Assembly: GCA_963762145.1 (NCBI GenBank)
Contig: CAVXJS010000009.1
Location: forward strand, 608,001 to 672,000
Direction of reading: 5' to 3'
Origin: an uncultured Candidatus Rokubacteria bacterium
GTDB taxonomy: Bacteria; Methylomirabilota; Methylomirabilia; Rokubacteriales; CSP1-6
DNA: 64,000 nucleotides
Numbering within the stretch: position 1 is the first letter of the stretch; each line of letters begins with the position of its first letter. A program made the translations under genes and the position numbers. Of this stretch, positions 59,482 to 64,000 are shown piece after piece. The notes under the pieces are model-generated. The model did not search any database and was not told the origin of the DNA. It was given only the letters and a program-made list of their open reading frames with translations.

Positions 59482-61290
59482 CTAGGCCCTCCCGGTCGAC
59501 GGACGGGCACGACCTGCGGAGCCCTGCGGCGGGTAGTCCAGGGTGTCCTTGAGTGCGGTCACCGCCTCCGGAGGGAAGTCAGGCAGGTGGAGAGCGCCCT
59601 CCCGCCGCCACGCTGCCACCCGGGCCTCGGCGGCCTCGCGCTTGGCGCCATCGAGCCCTTGGTCGCGGGCGAGATAGGTGGTCTGGGACGGGAATGCGAA
59701 GCCGGTACCACTCTGCTCGACGATGTCCATGATGCGGAGGTAGATGTCTTCCCGGATCGCGAGAAACTCGTCGTAGTCCGCCGTCGACACGTACGCGAAG
59801 ATCTCCAGATCGAGCGAGTAGGCGCCGAAGTTAACGAAGCGGATGCGGGCGGGCCGGGGATCGACCCGCGGGTGGGCGTAGAGCATCCGGCGAATCTCCA
59901 GCAACACGTGGCGCAGCTGGTCGGGGGTGGTCTCGTACCGGACGCCGATCGTCGTGAGCAGCCAGATCTGGTCGCGCACCGTGAAGTTCTCGAGCTCGAG
60001 CGACGCGAAATGCCCGTTAGGGATCGAGACCACCGTCCGGTCGAGCGTCCGGATCCGGGTGGAGCGGAGGCCCACCTCCTCGACGGTGCCGACCCGCTCC
60101 CCGAAGCGGCAAAAGTCGCCGACCCGGACCGGCTGATCCAGGATCAGCGTGACGCCGCCAAAGAGGTTCTCCACCGTCTTCTGGGCGGCGAGGGCCACCG
60201 CGAGGCCGCCGATGCCGAGGCCGGCGAGGATGCCGGTCACGTTCAGCCCGATGTTCTGGAGGACCGCGAGGACCGCCAGCACGATGATCACCACCTTGGT
60301 CGCCTTGCGCCCCAGGGGGACCACCGCGATCGCGGTGGATCGGCCCGCGCTCCGCAGCCGCTCCGTTGCGAGGTCGGCGAGACGGTCGGCCACGCGTACG
60401 ACCACCCAGGCCAGGACCACGATGACGAGGGCCTTCTCCGTCTCACGGAAAAACTGGTGGGCGGAGATCGAGAGGTTGAGCAGACCGCTGCCGAGGACGA
60501 AAGCGGCGACGCTGAGCGCCAAGCGCAGCGGGCCGACCAACACGGCCAAGAGCTGCTCGCCCAGGACGGGTGCGGCCCGGCGGACGATCGGGCCGAGGAT
60601 GCGGAGCACGAAAGCGGTGCCGATCCAGCCGATCGCGGAGGCCAGCGCCACGAGCAGAAGGAGCGCGAGCCACTGCCACAGAGCAAGCTCGAGGAACCGA
60701 ATCTCGAAGAAGACCGGCGGCAGGTAGGCCGCGAGTGGTCCATAACCCAGCTCGCGGTAGAGCCGCGGGATCTGAGCCACCGTGGACGCCGCGACTTTCC
60801 ACGTCCGTCCGTCCTCGGGTCCCGGCATCCGCTGCAACAGGAGCCGGGCCGCCCCGGCCTTCGTGGGAACCGTCCCGACGAGCGCTCGGTCCGGCGGCAA
60901 GCCTTCCTGCGGACTTCCTGCCGGCTGATCGCTCAGGTCATCGAGATCGATCGGGACCGCCTGGTCGATGACGATCCGCAGCTCATGCGCGAGAGCCGGC
61001 CCCTGCTCGCCACGGTGGGCCCGCGCGATTCGGCTCAGATCGAGGTACTCCGCCGCCCGGGCGTAGTCCCGCCGACCGGTGGCCTCGAGAAAGCCGGCCA
61101 TCGTGTCGCGCGGGGTCCGCCGCTCGGGGGCCTCGGGGGACGCACTGGGCCCAGTAACCGAGGCGGCGCCTTTCTCGGGGGCACCGGACTGCGCGGCTGC
61201 GGTAGCCAGGGCGGCCGGCAGGCCGATGGCGAGAGCGGGGACGACGGCAAACATCCCGGCGAAGGAGCGGAACTTGCGCAGCGAGCCCAT
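59482..61290 (-). CDS. Mechanosensitive ion channel (MscS family) with periplasmic domain
   Basis: GIGGLAVALAAQKT, VRVGD, GTVEEVGLRSTRIRT, FAFPSQT. Confidence 0.92.
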   Translation of the reverse strand: MGSLRKFRSFAGMFAVVPALAIGLPAALATAAAQSGAPEKGAASVTGPSASPEAPERRTPRDTMAGFLEATGRRDYARAAEYLDLSRIARAHRGEQGPALAHELRIVIDQAVPIDLDDLSDQPAGSPQEGLPPDRALVGTVPTKAGAARLLLQRMPGPEDGRTWKVAASTVAQIPRLYRELGYGPLAAYLPPVFFEIRFLELALWQWLALLLLVALASAIGWIGTAFVLRILGPIVRRAAPVLGEQLLAVLVGPLRLALSVAAFVLGSGLLNLSISAHQFFRETEKALVIVVLAWVVVRVADRLADLATERLRSAGRSTAIAVVPLGRKATKVVIIVLAVLAVLQNIGLNVTGILAGLGIGGLAVALAAQKTVENLFGGVTLILDQPVRVGDFCRFGERVGTVEEVGLRSTRIRTLDRTVVSIPNGHFASLELENFTVRDQIWLLTTIGVRYETTPDQLRHVLLEIRRMLYAHPRVDPRPARIRFVNFGAYSLDLEIFAYVSTADYDEFLAIREDIYLRIMDIVEQSGTGFAFPSQTTYLARDQGLDGAKREAAEARVAAWRREGALHLPDFPPEAVTALKDTLDYPPQGSAGRARPSTGRA

Positions 61291-61412
61291 GGCGCCTCCC
61301 CTGACGTGGCTGAGCGGTTTCGGTGGCGGCGTCGGCGACCCACGGGCGACGCCGTGGTGTGGTGCCTACGCGACTCGACCCGGCTCGGACCGGTGTCCTG
61401 CCTGATCGAGCA

Positions 61413-61487
61413 GCAGCAAGCGCATGTCCATGTCGGCGAAAAAGCTCTCCTGGTCTCGGAGGCGAGGGCGTCCCAGCGGCCGGCGTC
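61413..61487. repeat. Dispersed ~75-bp direct repeat, copy 2
   Basis: Matches 51016-51090. Confidence 0.8.
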
Positions 61488-61496
61488 AACGTCGCC

Positions 61497-61602
61497 CAGC
61501 TCCTGCCCACGGTCCACGTCCTGCTCGCGCTCGCCGTCATAGCGAGCATCAGCGTGGTCGGTATCGTCCTCGTGAACACGTTGCTGGTGATTCCGGCCGC
61601 CC
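61497..61602 (+). pseudogene. Metal ABC permease (ZnuB-like) fragment
   Basis: LLALAVIASISVVGIVLVNTLLVIPAA. Confidence 0.55.
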
Positions 61603-61900
61603 CTCTTGACCTCGGGGCCCAGGACGACCTCGTTCATGTTGATGAGGTGCTGGCGCAGCCGCTCTCGAGATTTACCTTACTCCGGCCGGACTCGGCGTCC
61701 GCTCCCAGCAGGCGCACGACCTTGCAATGGCGCCGAAAGCATCTAGGAACGTCCAGAGATCAAGGAGACCATCAGATGGTTCGCACCGAGCGACCCCTGT
61801 AGATAAGCGCAACGACGGGCGAAGAACCCTCTGCCCCAGAGTAGGAAGGCAGTTGGCGGCGATTACGTCAACGTGAGTCCCGGTCGCCTCCGCTCTATTC

Positions 61901-63436
61901 CTACTTCCCTTTCAGCGTGATGTCTTCGTAGGGCGCCGAGTAGGCGTGGCCGGCGATCAGCCCGAGGCCCGATTCACGCACCCGAGGCCCGACGCCGTTA
62001 AGGAACGCAAGCTGCCAGATGGGCGCATAGATGGCCCTCTCGTGCACAAGCTGCTGGATCTTATGCAGGATGGCCTCGCGCCGCTTGTTGTCCGCCTCAG
62101 ATGCCTGCTCCCGAAAAAGACCGTCGAGATCGGGATAGCTTCCGTAGGCGTACGTGCCGCCGGCGACCACGAACGCCTCGAGGCGGCTGGCGGCGTTGCC
62201 AAAAGCCCCGCTGGCGCCCTGGATAATGTTCTTGAACCTCTTCCCAGCGTAACCCGTGAAGAATGCCGCCCGCTCGAGTGGCCGGAGCTGGACCTGGATC
62301 CCGACGGTCTGCAGGTTGTTGAGCACGGCTTCGGCAAGGTTCGAGTAGGACGCATCACAGTAGTACTCACCAGCGTCGAAGCCGTTCGGGTAGCCCGCTT
62401 CCGCCAGGAGCTTCTTGGCCCTGGCCGCGTCGAAGATGGGGGCTGGGGGCTGCCAAAAGAACTCGAAGTTGGCGGGGATCATGCTGCCGGTGAGCTGGGA
62501 AAAGCCAAGCGTCAGAGCCTGGTTGATCGTCGGGCGATCGAGGGAGAGGCTCGCGGCGAGCCGGACTCGCTGGTCGTGCCACGGTGATTTCGCATTCCAC
62601 TGGTCAGGGAAATAGAGCCAGAACGGCGCCTGGATTACCGCCGGCTTGAGCGCGAGCCCCGGCACCCTCTGGAGCTCTTCAGCGAGCTCGCCGCGCACCG
62701 AATACACGATGTCCACCTCGCCCCGCTTGAGCGCAGCCAGGCGGGTCGACTCGTCTGGAATCACCCTGAAGACCAGCCGCTTGACGCTCGGGGTCTTCCG
62801 CCAGTACTGGTCATTGGCCTCCATGACCAGCTCGACCCCGGGCGTGAACGACACGAACTTGTAGGGACCAGCGCCCACGGGCGCCTTCTTGAACCCCTCG
62901 TCACCTACCTTCTCTACGTACTTCTTGGGCACGATCCACCCTGCGCCACTTGCACCAGTGTAGAAGGTCAGGAAGTCGGGCCATGGTTGCTTGAGGCGAA
63001 ATCGCACGTGGCCCGCATCGGGCGTCTCGATGGAGGCTACGCGCTCCTTCAAGGTCTTGGAGGCGCTGCCGCGATAGCGCTCAAAGGAGAACTTCACGTC
63101 CTCGGCCGTGAGAGGCTCACCGTCATGGAACTTCACATGCTTCCGGAGGACGAACTCGTAGACCAACCCATCCTTAGATACCGACCATGATTCCGCGAGG
63201 CTCGGTGCGTTTGGCTGCCCGGGCATGGGCTTCACCAGGGCGTCATGCAGCGCGTAGTAGATCATGTAGGGGGTAATGATGCCGGACGCCTCGGCCGGGT
63301 CGAGCCACGTCGGGGCTAGGGACACGTGTACACCCCATGTCACCTGGCCTTCCGCAGCCGATCCCACGGCAGGCGACATCATCACGCTGAGGAGCAGGAC
63401 AAGGACGCTCGGGATCAACGCGAATCGGTGTCTCAT
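61901..63436 (-). CDS. ABC transporter substrate-binding protein (family 5)
   Basis: Signal peptide, YEFVLRKHVKFHDG, GAGPYKF, AKKLLAEAGYPNGF. Confidence 0.92.
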   Translation of the reverse strand: MRHRFALIPSVLVLLLSVMMSPAVGSAAEGQVTWGVHVSLAPTWLDPAEASGIITPYMIYYALHDALVKPMPGQPNAPSLAESWSVSKDGLVYEFVLRKHVKFHDGEPLTAEDVKFSFERYRGSASKTLKERVASIETPDAGHVRFRLKQPWPDFLTFYTGASGAGWIVPKKYVEKVGDEGFKKAPVGAGPYKFVSFTPGVELVMEANDQYWRKTPSVKRLVFRVIPDESTRLAALKRGEVDIVYSVRGELAEELQRVPGLALKPAVIQAPFWLYFPDQWNAKSPWHDQRVRLAASLSLDRPTINQALTLGFSQLTGSMIPANFEFFWQPPAPIFDAARAKKLLAEAGYPNGFDAGEYYCDASYSNLAEAVLNNLQTVGIQVQLRPLERAAFFTGYAGKRFKNIIQGASGAFGNAASRLEAFVVAGGTYAYGSYPDLDGLFREQASEADNKRREAILHKIQQLVHERAIYAPIWQLAFLNGVGPRVRESGLGLIAGHAYSAPYEDITLKGK

Positions 63437-63555
63437 GATCACACCTCGTTGTGAGGTTGAACGTTCGTCACCCGGGTCTATCGATGCCACCCGGTCGTCG
63501 GCGAACCATGATCGATGGTCCGCCGCGTCCTGCCCTGTCCTCCGAGCGACTGGGC

Positions 63556-64000
63556 TCAACAGCCGCTAACGCGGACGGGCGAACCGTGCCGGCGGGTGTA
63601 GTCGGCATACGCACGTCGGACCATGACGTGGAAATGCGGTTCGCCGAACTCCTCCACTGCATAAATGAGACCCCGTCGCGACAGGCGATGTAGAATCGTT
63701 CTCAGCCACGCGGTCTCGACATGGCCGAGATCGCGCTTGGACACGTCGACTGCGGCCCCCGCTAGGTGAGTCGACTGCACCGCCCCATCGGCCGGGGCCG
63801 CGCTGGGATTGGTCCGCTGCAGCGCCAGCTGGGTGATTCTGGTGCGGGTCAGGCTGGTGATCCGCAGCCGGTGCGCGAACGACCGGTGAAACGCGGCCGC
63901 AAGATGCTCCACGAAGATCCGGACCCACGGTCGCGCCACCCGCAGGTGGGGCCGCACGCCAGCCACGTAGTAGGTGCGGGTCTCCGCCGGAATCGCCACC
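63556..64000 (-). CDS. DUF5715-like (peptidase M15-related) protein, 5' end outside the window
   Basis: ITSLTRT...Q, STHLAGAAVDVS, E..EPHFHVMV. Confidence 0.7.
   Translation of the reverse strand, partial: VAIPAETRTYYVAGVRPHLRVARPWVRIFVEHLAAAFHRSFAHRLRITSLTRTRITQLALQRTNPSAAPADGAVQSTHLAGAAVDVSKRDLGHVETAWLRTILHRLSRRGLIYAVEEFGEPHFHVMVRRAYADYTRRHGSPVRVSGC

Overview
High-GC bacterial window. Gene content suggests Candidatus Rokubacteria/Methylomirabilota, which is an inference. Positions 1-36.8 kb look like core genome: signalling (two sigma-54 activators, two class III nucleotidyl cyclases, response regulators), envelope proteins (SPOR, HtrA, RlpA, LD-carboxypeptidase), two c-type cytochromes, a PEP-CTERM protein, TAXI and Dpp-type transport, and catabolic enzymes. 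tRNA-Thr(CGT) at 36876-36950 (-) marks the start of a mosaic accessory region. A 40-bp duplication of the tRNA 5' half (36914-36953 and 49782-49821) brackets a ~12.9-kb decayed integrative element. Each copy is preceded by a related tyrosine-integrase 3' end carrying an extended -10 box, which suggests tandem elements that replace the tRNA 5' half and its promoter. Element cargo includes HiPIP, an AttEFGH-like ABC system, BON, DUF748 and DUF3987 replication remnants. Beyond it lie gene fragments, an orphan structured RNA candidate (51337-51478), a frameshifted nfeD-floA operon, GH15, gnd, MscS and an ABC substrate-binding protein. Several genes carry indels that may be sequencing errors. No CRISPR array or rRNA was seen. 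All family calls come from motif recognition, not database searches.
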